Notes: generated by a model not told the origin, from the sequence alone. A stretch of DNA of 64,000 nt from Spirochaetia bacterium (GCA_965198005.1 CBDAOI010000001.1:192001-256000); one strand, 5' to 3'. Shown: positions 29,936 to 41,106, counted from the stretch's first letter. Program-made: numbers and translations.

Positions 29936-30493
29936 TCACTTCGGGTTGCTTCCGCTCGACCGTTGCGAGGTTCCGTAGCGGCCGGCTCCACCCCGCAGCC
30001 GCGGATCGAGCAGGTCGCGCACGGCATCGCCGAACATGTTGATGCCGTACACGACAATGGTCAGGCACAGGCCCGGCCAGATCGCCAAGCGCGGCGCGAT
30101 CGTCATGTACTGGTGTCCTTCCCGGCTGAGCATGCCACCCCAGCTCGGCACTTCCGGCGGCAGCCCGAAGCCGAGGAGGCTCAGCGAGGCCTCGGCCACG
30201 ATCATGGCGCCGATCGTGATCGAGAAGATGATGATGATCGGGGGCATGACGTTGGGCAGGACGTGTCGGCGCAGGGTCTGCGCGAGCGGGCCGCCAACCG
30301 CCCGGGCCGCCCGGAAGTAGTCGTTCTCCTTGATGGCGATGACGGCACTGCGCACCACCCGGGAATTGGTGACGCCCGAGGATATGCCGAGAACGAGAAT
30401 GATCTGCAGCAGACCGCGGCCGGCCAGCGACAGGATCGTCAGCAGCAACAGCAGCCCGGGAATGGACATCCACGCGTCGACGAAGCGCTGCCG
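29936..30493 (-). pseudogene. 3' half of dppC
   Basis: QRFVDAWMSIPG…GDAVRDLLDPR; 5' end fused to a dppB fragment. Confidence 0.85.
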
Positions 30494-30740
30494 GACACCA
30501 TGGGATAGTCCCGCTCCAGGAGGGCGTCCAGCAACAGACGGCCGATCCCCGGCAGGTTGAAGATGTTCTCCATTATCACCGATCCGCCGACCAGGATGGG
30601 GAGCTGCAGACCGGTCAGGGTGATTACCGGAATGAGGGCATTCTTGATGGCGTGCCTGAGCACCACCACTCGTTCCCGCAGCCCCTTGGACCAGTTCCAC
30701 CAGATCGCCGGGAACACGGTAACCATCACCCCCAGCCGGT
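30494..30740 (-). pseudogene. dppB fragment with internal deletion
   Basis: LGVMVTVFPAIWWNWS|KGLRERVV…RDYPMVSG. Confidence 0.8.
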
Positions 30741-30749
30741 GCGGAATCA

Positions 30750-30875
30750 ATACTCAGCCGAGCGCCTCTCAAGTAATCCAATCCCAGAATGCCGTCGACA
30801 CTCGTACTCGGCGGCAGAGTGTGAGCGAGGACGCTCGTCGGCGTAGCGAACGTCGGATGAACGAGTCTCCAGCGT
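30750..30875 (-). pseudogene. retropepsin-like aspartyl protease C-terminal fragment
   Basis: VLAHTLPPSTSVDGILGLDYLRG. Confidence 0.5.
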
Positions 30876-30879
30876 ACCG

Positions 30880-31690
30880 GAGGTAACGTCGACGGCCGTA
30901 CGGTTGTGCGAGTCAAGCTTATCTTCGAGGCCTCCGATCAGGGGTCCGATCGGGCCATCGAACAGGCGTTCATCCACGATCGGACAGTCGAGCGCGGTGC
31001 CGGCGATGCGGAGGAATTGAACGTAGGCACCCGGAAGGTAGTCCCGCGGGTGCTTTCCCAGGATCAGTATCCCGCAGATCGTGGGCCGCGGGTCGTCGGC
31101 CGAAGCGAGCATCTTCATGCTCGCGAGCCGCTCGATGGTGCTCCGGTCGTTCTGCTCCAACGCCGCCGCATCGATCGCCCGCGGCAGATATTCCTGCTCG
31201 AAGTAGCGCAGATCCAGGTCAGTGAGCCGCGCTCCGGGCGCCGGATGGGCGTCGAATGAGCTTTCGCGGTGACGGCGCTTCTCGTTCAGGATCCGCTCGT
31301 CCTGCAAGCTCGCCACGGCTCGCCGCGGCCCCACGCGGATCCAGGTGCGTCCCCGATAGCGGACCGGCGGGGAGTCGGCGGGTTGCACCGTAACGACTGC
31401 GACCTCGTGTCCTGCCAGAACCTGTTTGCTGACGGTCAGGGTCGGTGGTGGCACGATGTTACCGTCGGTCTTGATGTCGGCAAGCTGGCGCAGGAGTGCG
31501 TCGGTGATCGGCAGACCGATGGGCCTGCCGGCGTCATCCGCCCCCACGAACACGACGCCGGGCCGTTGGTGGTCGGGGAGGTCATTGGCAAACGCACAGA
31601 CCGCCTCCCTGATGCCGGTTGGGGCGTCTCCGCGCAGCGACTCCTTGCGCTCGACCAAGTCGGACTCGACATCTTGCAACATGGACTCAG
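30880..31690 (-). pseudogene. AlbA_2 (Schlafen-like) DNA-binding / RecG_C-associated protein, truncated
   Basis: ESDLVERKES…AVCAFANDL…GVVFVGADD…YLPGAYVQFLR; C-terminus lost. Confidence 0.8.
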
Positions 31691-31719
31691 AACATCTGTT
31701 CCATGATGACCGCGCCGGT

Positions 31720-31982
31720 AGGTCGAGCGCGAGGTAGTCTCCAGTCTCCAGCACGAAGTCAGGCACCTTGCGCTCCTCCCACAGCCGGTAGCTGGAGCGG
31801 TCGGCGTTGGCCACGCCCAGCACCACGAACACGTCCGGCGCCACCCGGCGGCTGCGAAAGTGGTGCCGCAGCCGGTCGACGGCGTAGGTCAGCGGGGTGC
31901 GCTGGAAGTCGCTTTCCGCCATCGGCCGGCCGTCGGATGAGGGGTAGTGGACCTTGGCGGGAGCGAGCAGCGGGCTGGCCAA
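31720..31982 (-). pseudogene. Uma2 endonuclease fragment (paralogue of 39718-40458)
   Basis: YPSSDGRPMAES…APDVFVV…PDFVLE with deletions. Confidence 0.8.
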
Positions 31983-32064
31983 GGCTATCCTCCATTCCAC
32001 CATAGCATACCACACAACGCTACGAGGTCGCCTTCCACCAGGGACTCCATCAGCTTGTTCGCGG

Positions 32065-32408
32065 TTACGGTCGAAAGACCTCGTTCGTGTCGAGGCTGAG
32101 CCCGGCCAACACCGGCGAGGTCAGGCGCTGCCCTTCCGCGTAGCGCTGCACCCGCTCGAAGTCATGCTCGCCCAGGGCCAGCACCTCGATGGTGCGCGCG
32201 TCGGTATCGACCAGCCAATACTCGGACACGCCGTGCCGGGCATACATAGCGACAACGCCACGTGCAGGTAGCCAAGCACGCGCTGATGTATCTCTTTCGG
32301 TGCTGGAGACACGACCAACTCCCCATCCAACAGCTCGTAACGCTTGTCTTCCGGTGCATTCCGGTAGTCCGCGTAGGTGAACTTGATCTCGGGCCTCAGG
32401 GTAACCAT
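32065..32408 (-). pseudogene. Uma2 (DUF820) endonuclease, internally deleted and frameshifted
   Basis: RYELLDGELVVSPAP…HQ and YARHGVSEYWLVD in different frames. Confidence 0.8.
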
Positions 32409-32484
32409 GCCACCCCCTTTGACGAGGATAGCGCCAATCCATGGCATCGTCGAGCCTACCCCGCCGGCCACCGACGGCGCCGGC

Positions 32485-33450
32485 TCACCCATACTGAACG
32501 CGGGGGTCCAGGTAGGCGTACAGCACGTCGACCAGCAGGTTGATGACCATCACCGCGGCGGCGAAGAACAGGTTGATCCCCGATATCAGCGGGTAGTCGC
32601 GATCGAACAGGGCGTCGATCATCAGCCGCCCCAGCCCGGGGATGGCGAACATCTGCTCCATGATCACCGCGCCGCCCACGATGATCGGTACCTGCAGCCC
32701 CACCAGCGTGACCACCGGGATCAGCGCGTTCTTGATCACGTGGCGGAGGATCACCAGCCGCTCGCGCAGGCCCTTGGCCCAGGCGGTGCGAATGTAGTCC
32801 TGGCGCAGCACTTCGAGCATCATGGTGCGGGTCATGCGCATGGTGCTGGCCGCCAGGTAGGTGCCGAGGATCAGACCCGGCACGATGAACAGGCTGAAGT
32901 GGCGCACCGGGTCGGCGCTCAGGCGCACCAAGCGCAGCGGCGGCGACCACGCCCACCAGATCGCGGGAAACACCAGGATGATGGTGGCCAGCCAGAAGTT
33001 GGGGGTGGCGAGTCCGAAGATGGCGAAGGAGCGACCCACGTAGTCGCCGATGGTGTCCTGCCGCACCGCCGAGTAGATGCCGATCGGCACCCCGATCAGC
33101 ACCCCGACGATCAGCGCGACCACGCCCAGCTCGATGGTGGTCGGCAGCCGGCCGGCGATCAGCTCGCCGACCGGTTCGGGCCGCAGCAACGGCGTGCCCA
33201 GATCGCCGCGCAGCAGGATGGCACCCATCCAGCGCGCGTACTGCACGTGCACCGGCACGTCCAGCCCCAGCCGCCGCTCCAGCGCCGCCCGGTCGATGCC
33301 GGTACCGCCACCTGCCTCCATGACCATCCTGCCCAGCAGTACGTCGATGACATCGCCCGGTATGAACCGCACCGAGAGGAACACCAGAATCGTCAGCAGG
33401 AAGAAGGTGGGGATCAGCAGCAGCACGCGGCGGATGACGTACGCTCTCAT
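32485..33450 (-). CDS. DppB/OppB-like permease
   Basis: MRAYVIRR…PNFW…QDYIRTAWAKG…DPRVQYG. Confidence 0.93.
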   Translation of the reverse strand: MRAYVIRRVLLLIPTFFLLTILVFLSVRFIPGDVIDVLLGRMVMEAGGGTGIDRAALERRLGLDVPVHVQYARWMGAILLRGDLGTPLLRPEPVGELIAGRLPTTIELGVVALIVGVLIGVPIGIYSAVRQDTIGDYVGRSFAIFGLATPNFWLATIILVFPAIWWAWSPPLRLVRLSADPVRHFSLFIVPGLILGTYLAASTMRMTRTMMLEVLRQDYIRTAWAKGLRERLVILRHVIKNALIPVVTLVGLQVPIIVGGAVIMEQMFAIPGLGRLMIDALFDRDYPLISGINLFFAAAVMVINLLVDVLYAYLDPRVQYG

Positions 33451-33645
33451 GCCCCTCTGCTCAACTCGATCCCACCGTTGACGGAAGATAACGTCACTTC
33501 ACCGCTGCTCGCGGCAGCACAAGTGAGAGAGCCCGAACCCGCGCTCCTGGAAGGCGCCCGACCCCCAGCTCCCGAATCACCAGCTTGCAGGGCGCCCGGC
33601 GCGAGGCAGGGCGCCCTACAATGGAAACCGCCAGAGGCGGTTTCC

Positions 33646-35436
33646 TCAGAATCCCATCTCCCGCTTCAGATCCTGGTCGACCCAGACGTAGGCGAGCCAC
33701 GTTTTGTGCGCATTCAGGCCGAGATCGGTCTCCCCGGCATAGCCCTTGATCCACGGCTGGCTGGCACCGAACAGGGGCGCCAGTGGCCCCCTGATCACCC
33801 ACAGCTGCTCAGCCACGCGCAGGTCGGCCTTCCGCGCCCACTCCTTCTGCTCTTCTCTCGTGGTAGCGGCCAGCGCATTCTCGAAGTACTCGTCGAACAC
33901 CGCGTCGCTGACGTTTTGAGGGCGCCATCCGTTTTGCGACCAATATGCAGCGATCGGGCCCGTCGGCGTGCCATACTCGGCAGCCCAAACCTCGGAATGC
34001 AAGTCGATGAATTGTTGCCCCCGGCCCATGATGCCCCATTCGGCGCGGGGTACGATCTGAATCTCCACGTCGATGCCAATCTGCCTGAGATAATCCATCG
34101 CAATCTGGTAGTAGCCGAGGTCGACGAACTCGTACTTCTGCAAGATGACGCTCATGCGCTTGCCATCTGCGCCGCGTGGATAGCCGGCCTCATCCAGCAG
34201 CTTCTCGGCCGCCTCCGGGTCATACCGATACCACTGCTTGACCTCGTCGGGCCACTCCTCGGCCGGCGTGAAATACCCAACCACGCTCTTGCCAATTGGG
34301 CCGACCAGGCTCACATCGCCCCAACCCTGCATGTAGTTCTCGGCGATGAACTCGACGTCGACAGCCATGTTGAGGGCCCGGCGCACGCGGATATCGCTCC
34401 AGGGCTCTTTCTGGTTGTTGAAACTGAACCCCGTTTCCGCGCGAAAGGAAAACGGGTGCAGCACCAAGTCGGGATTGGTCTTCTGCAGATTGACCGCCTG
34501 ATCGATACTGGTGAGATGTGAGAGGAAAGCGAACGCCAAAATATCCCCCTGGCCCGAGCGCATCAGCGAAAGCCTGGCCGCGGGGTCGTTGACCATCACG
34601 TACTCGACCGTGTCCGCATAGGGTAAGCGGTATTCGGGATACTTCGGGTCGGTGCCCCAGTAATCATTACTCTTGGTGTAGGTCCAGGTGCTGCCTTCCA
34701 CCACGTCGGTCAGCTCATAGGGCCCGGTCCCGACCACGTTGCGCCAGTCTTGAATGTCCCCAAATTGCTCTACCACCTCGCGGGCGATAACGTACGTATG
34801 TTCTCCCACGAGCATGGATCTCAAGGCGACAAGACTCGGCTGGCTCAACTCGAATACCACGGTGGAGTCGTCGGCAGCGGTAATCGAATCGAAGGGGATC
34901 TTCGCGAGGTCGCCGACTCCCGCAATATCCGCGCTCGGCTCACCGCCGCTCAACCCCAGGACCCGCTGCCACGTGTACTCGACATCGTGCGCAGTCAGCC
35001 GGCGACCGTTCATCGGCTCCTTGTCGTGCCAGAAGACATCATCGCGGAGCTTGAACACGTAGGTGAGAGGATCCGGGGTCTCCCAGCTCTCAGCCAAGTG
35101 CCCAGTGATGACCTCGTCGGGCATATACAACGTATCAAAGGCGTACACACTCCGATCGAAGGTCCAGTCCCCAATACCCAGGGTCTCGTTGACCAGCCCG
35201 ATCCAGAACCCGGCGGTGTAGCGGTAATAGGGGTCGATCCCCTCGGGCTTGAGTGCCACGATCGGTTTGATCGTGCCGCCATACTCCGGCGCGGTGACCA
35301 TCTCGCCGGTGCTCGGGTCGAGCACCATCTCCTTCTCGGTGGCGGCGGCGGTGTCGTCTTCGCCGGCGGGGCTGGCGAACGTAACGGTAGCCACCAGCGC
35401 GAGCGCCAGCGGCAGCAACATGAGTCGTGGAGTCAT
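33646..35436 (-). CDS. family 5 ABC solute-binding protein
   Basis: signal peptide, APEYGG, LAESWE, GTGPY, DIRVRRAL. Confidence 0.93.
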   Translation of the reverse strand: MTPRLMLLPLALALVATVTFASPAGEDDTAAATEKEMVLDPSTGEMVTAPEYGGTIKPIVALKPEGIDPYYRYTAGFWIGLVNETLGIGDWTFDRSVYAFDTLYMPDEVITGHLAESWETPDPLTYVFKLRDDVFWHDKEPMNGRRLTAHDVEYTWQRVLGLSGGEPSADIAGVGDLAKIPFDSITAADDSTVVFELSQPSLVALRSMLVGEHTYVIAREVVEQFGDIQDWRNVVGTGPYELTDVVEGSTWTYTKSNDYWGTDPKYPEYRLPYADTVEYVMVNDPAARLSLMRSGQGDILAFAFLSHLTSIDQAVNLQKTNPDLVLHPFSFRAETGFSFNNQKEPWSDIRVRRALNMAVDVEFIAENYMQGWGDVSLVGPIGKSVVGYFTPAEEWPDEVKQWYRYDPEAAEKLLDEAGYPRGADGKRMSVILQKYEFVDLGYYQIAMDYLRQIGIDVEIQIVPRAEWGIMGRGQQFIDLHSEVWAAEYGTPTGPIAAYWSQNGWRPQNVSDAVFDEYFENALAATTREEQKEWARKADLRVAEQLWVIRGPLAPLFGASQPWIKGYAGETDLGLNAHKTWLAYVWVDQDLKREMGF

Positions 35437-35719
35437 AACGTACTCCTCCTCGTTGTTCTCGGGATCGGAACTGCGTCCCGTTGCCCGTGTTCTTTTCTGT
35501 GGCCGGATACTCCGGCTGTTTCAGATGGTGCTGGTGGTCGCCCCACGCCCACGGCTCGGAGCGCAGGGGGCCGGCAAGTCGCCGCGCGGCAGTGTGGCGC
35601 GATGGATGTGGAGGTCGAAGCGAGCCGCCACGCCGTCAGCGTGGCCGGCGTGGAGTGGTGGACGCGGCTCGGTCGGCGGTCAGGAGTTACCGGGTGCTTG
35701 GATACTCGGCCATGCCCCC

Positions 35720-35747
35720 GGGGGGGGGGGGGGGGGGGGGGGGGGGG
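35720..35747 (+). repeat. poly-G tract (G28)
   Basis: direct read. Confidence 0.9.
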
Positions 35748-35924
35748 AGAGGGACTCCTCACCATTAAGCAAGCCCGCCGCGAGCTGATTTTCAGCAATT
35801 CTCGGCGAGCGGCTGTCAGGGGAACAGAGCGTCATAAGCGTTGACGTGTTATAAGTCACTCAAGCCCTCCGCAGGTGAGGCACAGCCATACCCAGATGTA
35901 GCGGCGATTGACTGCATCCACCCC

Positions 35925-35953
35925 ATAATAACCTCCACTCCCGTGAACGTCAA
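35925..35953 (-). promoter_or_regulatory. sigma70-like promoter TTGACG-17-TATTAT in element 'R2' copy 2
   Basis: paralogous to 10417-10445. Confidence 0.7.
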
Positions 35954-36134
35954 CCACGAATCGGCCCAGCCGGCCCAACTGCCGAGGTCCTCTCGAGGCG
36001 GCGCCGACGCTTGGCCGAGCACCGCACGCAGAGCGGCCTCGAGATCGTCGACCATGGCGAGTTCCCGCTCGATCGGGCGAATCACCTCCGCGCGCATCCA
36101 CAGACCGCGGGTGGCACACAGCAGCTTGAAGCGG

Positions 36135-36293
36135 CGATGCCCTGGCCGATGATGGTCATGATCGTCAGCAGCAGCAGCACGATCCGGCGCTGACCGCGCC
36201 CACCGGCCGCTCCCTTATCAGCCGGCGCAGCAGGTCGCGCAGGAACGACTGGCCCTTCGCCCCCTTCGCCCGTGGCCCGGTCACCGCACCCAT
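36135..36293 (-). pseudogene. collapsed dppC remnant
   Basis: KGQSFLRDLLRRLIRERPVGAVS joined to LLLLTIMTIIGQGI. Confidence 0.75.
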
Positions 36294-36302
36294 ACCGGTC
36301 CC

Positions 36303-37274
36303 TCACTCGTACTGGACGCGCGGGTCCAGGTAGGCGTACAGCACGTCGACCAGCAGGTTGATGACCATGACCGCAGCGGCAAAGAACAGATTGATGCCGG
36401 AGATGATCGGATAATCGCGATCGAACAGGGCATCGATCATCAGCCGCCCCAGCCCGGGGATGGCGAACATCTGCTCCATGATCACCGAGCCACCGACGAT
36501 GATCGGTATCTGCAGTCCTACCAGCGTCACCACCGGAATGAGTGCGTTCTTGATGACGTGGCGGAGGATCACCAAGCGCTCGCGCAGGCCCTTGGCCCAG
36601 GCAGTGCGAATGTAGTCCTGCCGGAGCACCTCCAGCATCATGGTGCGGGTCATGCGCATGGTGCTGGCCGCCAGATAGGTGCCGAGGATCAGCCCCGGCA
36701 CGAAGAAAATGGCGAAGTGGCGGACGAAGTCGTCGCTCAGGCGCACCAGCCGCAGCGGCGGCGACCAGCCCCACCAGATCGCCGGAAAGACGAGGATGAT
36801 GGTGGCCAGCCAGAAGTTGGGGGTGGCCAGTCCGAAGATGGCGAAGGAGCGGCCCACGTAGTCGCCCACGGTGTTCTGCCGCACGGCCGAGTAGATGCCG
36901 ATCGGCACCCCGATCAGCACCCCCACGATCACCGCCACCAGGCCCAGCTCGATGGTGGTCGGCAGTCGACCGGCGATCAGCTCTCCAACCGATTCCGCCC
37001 GCAGCAGAGCCTCGCCGAAATCGCCACGCAGGAGGATGCCGCCCATCCAGCGGCCATACTGTACGTGCACCGGCACGTCCAGCCCCAGCCGCCGCTCCAG
37101 CGCCGCCCGGTCGATGGCGGTGACGCCGCCCGCCCCCGGCCCCTCCTCCATCCTCCACACGAGGACGTCGACGATATCCCCCGGTATGAATCGCACTGAG
37201 AGAAACACCAGAATCGTCAGCAGGAAGAAGGTGGGGACCAGCAGCAGCACGCGACGGATGACGTACGCTCTCAT
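36303..37274 (-). CDS. DppB/OppB-like permease
   Basis: close paralogue of 32485-33450. Confidence 0.93.
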   Translation of the reverse strand: MRAYVIRRVLLLVPTFFLLTILVFLSVRFIPGDIVDVLVWRMEEGPGAGGVTAIDRAALERRLGLDVPVHVQYGRWMGGILLRGDFGEALLRAESVGELIAGRLPTTIELGLVAVIVGVLIGVPIGIYSAVRQNTVGDYVGRSFAIFGLATPNFWLATIILVFPAIWWGWSPPLRLVRLSDDFVRHFAIFFVPGLILGTYLAASTMRMTRTMMLEVLRQDYIRTAWAKGLRERLVILRHVIKNALIPVVTLVGLQIPIIVGGSVIMEQMFAIPGLGRLMIDALFDRDYPIISGINLFFAAAVMVINLLVDVLYAYLDPRVQYE

Positions 37275-37433
37275 GTCGACTCAGATGCCATGTCTCGAGG
37301 AAGGCGCGCGCGTGAAACGCGCACGCCCCGCAGCTCGCCTCTATGGGTCAATTAACTCATGGAGCCCACCCGAAGGCGGGCCCCGTGTTGATTCCGTCGC
37401 TACGCTTCGCTCGTGCGCCAACAGCGAAGCCGC

Positions 37434-39218
37434 TCAGAATCCGAGCTCCCGCTTCAGGTCCTGGTCAACCCACAGATAGGCGAAGATGATAGTCCTGGTT
37501 ATCGCGCCGAGATCAGTTTCCCCGTTGAAGCCCTTCAACCATGGCTGGGTGGCGCCGAACAAGGGGGCTATCGGTCCCCTGATGGTCCACAGCTGCTCGG
37601 CGACGCGCAGGTCTGCCTTCTGCGCCCACGCCTTCTGCTCCTCTATCGTGGTGGCGGCCAGGGCGTTCTCGTAGTACTCGTCGAACACGGGGTCGTGGTT
37701 GTTCGCACGAACCACCGGCAGCTTTGAGTAGTATTGGGTAAGCGCGGCCAAGGGAGGTTCATACTCTTTGGCCCATGTGTCCGTCATCAACCCCTCATAG
37801 CTGAGGCTTGCGATCATTTCGCCGCGTACTGCGCGCGTTAGGACCTCGATCTCGACCTCGATGCCGATCTGCCTGAGGTAGTCCATGGCGATCTGGTAAT
37901 AGCCGAGGTCAAAGAACTCGTAGTGACCGTACTGGGTCCTGAAGCGAACGCCGTCCGCGCCGCGCGGATAGCCAGCCTCGTCCAGCAGCTCTTCGGCCGC
38001 CTCGGGATCATACCGGTAGTACTGCTTGACCTCATCGGGCCACTCTTCGAACGGCAGCGCATACCCCAGCACCGCTGAGCCCATCGGGCCGGAAGGGCTG
38101 GCATCACCCCACCCCTGCATGTAGTTCTCGGCGATGGCGTCGAAATCTATGGCCATGCTGATGGCCCGGCGCACCCGAATGTCGTCGAAGGGCGGTTGCT
38201 GAACGTTCCAGAACAACGCCGTTTCCGACCGAGAGGCAAACGGGTGCAACACCAGGTCGGGATTGGTCTTCTGTAGATTCATCGCCGCATCGACACTGGT
38301 CAGATGTGAGTTGAGCCCGACCCCCATGAAGTCCGCCTGCCCCGAGCGCATTAGCGAGGTGATGGCCGTAGGGTCGTTGACGATGGCGTACTCGATGGTG
38401 TCCGCGTAGGGCAAACGGTTGTCGGGATACTTCGGGTCGAAGCCCCAGTAATCATCGATCCTGGTGTAGGTCCAGGAGCTTCCCTCCACCACGTCGGTCA
38501 GCTGATAGGGGCCCGTTCCGGTCACGTTGCGCCAGTCTTGGATGTCCCCGAATTGCTCGACCACCTCGCGGGCAATCACCATCATGTTATTTCCGATGAG
38601 GATGTTCTTCAGGGCTCCGATCGAGGGCTCTTTTAGCTTGAATTCCACGGTGAAATCGTCGGTAGCGGTAACCGAGTCGACCGGGATCTTGCCTCCCCAC
38701 CCCCGTGCGACATCCAGGCCCGGTTCGCCGCCGCTCAAGCCAAGGAGCCGGTCGAAGCTGTAGGCGACATCGTGCGCGGTCAGCTGCCGGCCGTTCACCG
38801 GCGCCTTGTCGTGCCAGAACACGTCGTCGCGGATCTTGAACACGTAGGTGACCGGATCCGGGTTCTCCCAGCTCTCGGCCAGATATCCGGTGATCACCTG
38901 GTCGGGCAGGTATGTCGTGTCGTAGGCGAACACGCTTCGGTCGAACGCCCAGTCGCCGATGCCCAGCTTCTCGTTGACCAGCCCGACCCAGAGCCCGGCG
39001 GTGTAGACATAGTAGGAGTCGAGCCCCTCGTTCTTGAAGTTCACCACCGCTCTGATCGTGCCGCCATACTCGGGTGCGGTGACCATCTCGCCGGTGGATG
39101 GGTCGCGCACCATTTCCTTCTCGGCCGCGGCAGCCGGCTGGTCGCTCTCGCCGCTGGCGAACGTAACGGTAGCCACCAGCGCGAACGCCAGCGGCAGCAA
39201 CATGAGTCGTGGAGTCAT
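37434..39218 (-). CDS. family 5 ABC solute-binding protein
   Basis: full-length paralogue of 33646-35436. Confidence 0.93.
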   Translation of the reverse strand: MTPRLMLLPLAFALVATVTFASGESDQPAAAAEKEMVRDPSTGEMVTAPEYGGTIRAVVNFKNEGLDSYYVYTAGLWVGLVNEKLGIGDWAFDRSVFAYDTTYLPDQVITGYLAESWENPDPVTYVFKIRDDVFWHDKAPVNGRQLTAHDVAYSFDRLLGLSGGEPGLDVARGWGGKIPVDSVTATDDFTVEFKLKEPSIGALKNILIGNNMMVIAREVVEQFGDIQDWRNVTGTGPYQLTDVVEGSSWTYTRIDDYWGFDPKYPDNRLPYADTIEYAIVNDPTAITSLMRSGQADFMGVGLNSHLTSVDAAMNLQKTNPDLVLHPFASRSETALFWNVQQPPFDDIRVRRAISMAIDFDAIAENYMQGWGDASPSGPMGSAVLGYALPFEEWPDEVKQYYRYDPEAAEELLDEAGYPRGADGVRFRTQYGHYEFFDLGYYQIAMDYLRQIGIEVEIEVLTRAVRGEMIASLSYEGLMTDTWAKEYEPPLAALTQYYSKLPVVRANNHDPVFDEYYENALAATTIEEQKAWAQKADLRVAEQLWTIRGPIAPLFGATQPWLKGFNGETDLGAITRTIIFAYLWVDQDLKRELGF

Positions 39219-39491
39219 AACGTACTCCTCCTCGTTTTCGGGATCGGGACAGGGTCCCGGTACCCGTGTTTTTCTTGGGCCGGATATTCCGGCTGTTTCA
39301 GATAGTGCTGATGGTCAGCCGACGGCTGGGAGCGGACGGCGACGCGAACGCCGCCTTGCGCGAGCGTGGTGCGATGGGTGTGGAGGTCGAAGGGCGCCGC
39401 CAGGTCGTCAGCGGCGCTGATGGCGAACGGGTGATAGATGCGGCTCGACGAGCGGTCCGGAGTTATCGGTTGCTTGGGTACTCGGTCACGC

Positions 39492-39505
39492 GGGGGGGGG
39501 GGGGG
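39492..39505 (+). repeat. poly-G tract (G14)
   Basis: direct read. Confidence 0.9.
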
Positions 39506-39594
39506 TAGAACGCACCGCCGACGTTAACGTCCGAACACCGGCCCTGATGATGTCATCCCGTCTCATGCACGTCTCTCCCGAACCGAGCAACACG

Positions 39595-39623
39595 ACCGTA
39601 GCACAGTGCAGCAAGCACGTCAA
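39595..39623 (-). promoter_or_regulatory. sigma70-like promoter TTGACG-17-TACGGT (extended -10)
   Basis: box spacing and its position upstream of the G tract and SBP. Confidence 0.55.
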
Positions 39624-39717
39624 CCGCCTTTTTCGTGTGACTCGTGTGAGCCGAATCATCGAATCATACTACAGGCTCGCCAGCGTAGCCAACGTCGGGA
39701 CGAGGGTCAACCACGAC

Positions 39718-40458
39718 TTACCCTACCGGTCGATTGCCGTCCTGACCGGACTCGCCGCCGCGCTCCCGGCACAACAAGGCCTCCAGCTCGGCCACCCGCG
39801 CGTCCGCGGCTGCGCGGGCCGCCGATTCCTGCGCGAGGCGCGTCTCCGCCGTTTGCCGCGCCTCGTCGGTTTCCGCAAGGTTCGGCAGATCCTGCCCGGT
39901 CGCCGGATCGTGGAACCGCAGCCCCCGCGCCGTCAGCCGCAACTCCAGCCCCAGCACGCCGCTCGCCAGCGCCAGCGCCCCGTCCGCCAACTCCCGCCCC
40001 GGCAGCCGCCGATACTTCCCCTCCCTCAACTCCAGGCCCTGCAGCGGCGGCTCCAGGTAGTCGCCGGTCGGATCGTACTGCCAGTACTCCCGCACCCCCA
40101 GCGCACGGTACAGCTCACGCTTGCTCTCCTGGTCCTCGCGGTAGGTCGTGCGCGAGGTAATCTCCAGTACGAAGTCAGGCACCTTGCGCTCCTTCCACAG
40201 CCGGTAGCTGGAGCGGTCGGCGTTGGCCACGCCCAGCACCACGAACACGTCGGGCGCCACCACCGCCCGCGGATTCCCCTGCTCGTAGTAGAGCAGCAGG
40301 TTGCCCGACACGTACACGTCCCGGCGGTTGCGAAAGTGGAACCGCAGCCGGTCGACGGCGTAGGTCAGCGGGGTGCGCTGGCAGTCGCTTTCCGCCATCG
40401 GTCGGCCGTCGGATGAGGGGTAGTGGACCGTGGCGGGAGCGAGCAGCGGGCTGGCCAT
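39718..40458 (-). CDS. Uma2-family (DUF820) endonuclease, intact
   Basis: YPSSDGRPMAES, YVSGNL, APDVFVV, PDFVLEITS, GVREYWQYDP. Confidence 0.9.
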   Translation of the reverse strand: MASPLLAPATVHYPSSDGRPMAESDCQRTPLTYAVDRLRFHFRNRRDVYVSGNLLLYYEQGNPRAVVAPDVFVVLGVANADRSSYRLWKERKVPDFVLEITSRTTYREDQESKRELYRALGVREYWQYDPTGDYLEPPLQGLELREGKYRRLPGRELADGALALASGVLGLELRLTARGLRFHDPATGQDLPNLAETDEARQTAETRLAQESAARAAADARVAELEALLCRERGGESGQDGNRPVG

Positions 40459-40599
40459 GGGCTATCCTCCATTCCACCACAGCATACCACAGGTCAGCGT
40501 CCAGCGCTGAGCGCTGGGCTCGGCTTCTGTCATCGCCCAGTCGAACACGCTCCGGTCGATTGGCGGAGCGGCGCTTCGGTCGGGCGCGGCGCGGCTGTC

Positions 40600-41075
40600 G
40601 GCGGTGGAGCGGGATGATCTACCGTGGTCGAACCAGTTCCTCGTCAACCACCGCCAGCAGGCAGTGACCGAACGCCTCAACGCCGTATACAGCGATCTAC
40701 CAGCCCGGCAGTCGCCGGACGCCATGGATGCGGGACTGGAGAGTCTACGGAAGCTGACTCGCGGTGAATTGCGTGGTCGCATCGCGCAACTGGCGCTGAT
40801 GGCGGCGTACCGGGCGAGCTGGCCGGTGATGCAGCGGTTGGTGCCGCTGATGGCGAAACTGGTGCAGGACGGGGGAATCGACGAACTGCGACCGATCGTA
40901 GTGTACATGGCGGCCACGACGAGGGAACCGGAGCGCAGCTTGTCTTCGAAACCTCCGATCAGGGTTCCGATCGGGTCGTCGGCCGAAGCGAGCATCTTCA
41001 TGGTCGCGAGCCGCTCGATGGTGCTGCGGTCGTTCTGCTCCAACCGCGGCAGGTATTCCTCTTCGAAGTAGGTCG
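40600..41075. pseudogene. mosaic of scraps: antitoxin-like (+), Rpn (+; matches ~62330-62510) and AlbA-protein (-; matches ~30916-31205)
   Basis: VTERLNAVY…; RGELRGRIAQLALMAAYR…TTREPER; YFEEEYLPR…LEQNDRSTIERL…GGFEDKL. Confidence 0.7.
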
Positions 41076-41106
41076 TCCTCCGTAGCTTCAAAGAGAAGGG
41101 GCAGGC

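Noticed and set aside
32377-34521. 714-aa plus-strand ORF (likewise 3484-4485, 8387-9334, 42598-43692, 50193-51539, and minus-strand 25902-27227)
   Set aside because: Antisense shadow ORFs of real high-GC genes; no protein motifs.
36000-36110. Possible type I R-M specificity-subunit scrap (IERELAMVDDLEAALRAVL)
   Set aside because: Too short to support without a database search.
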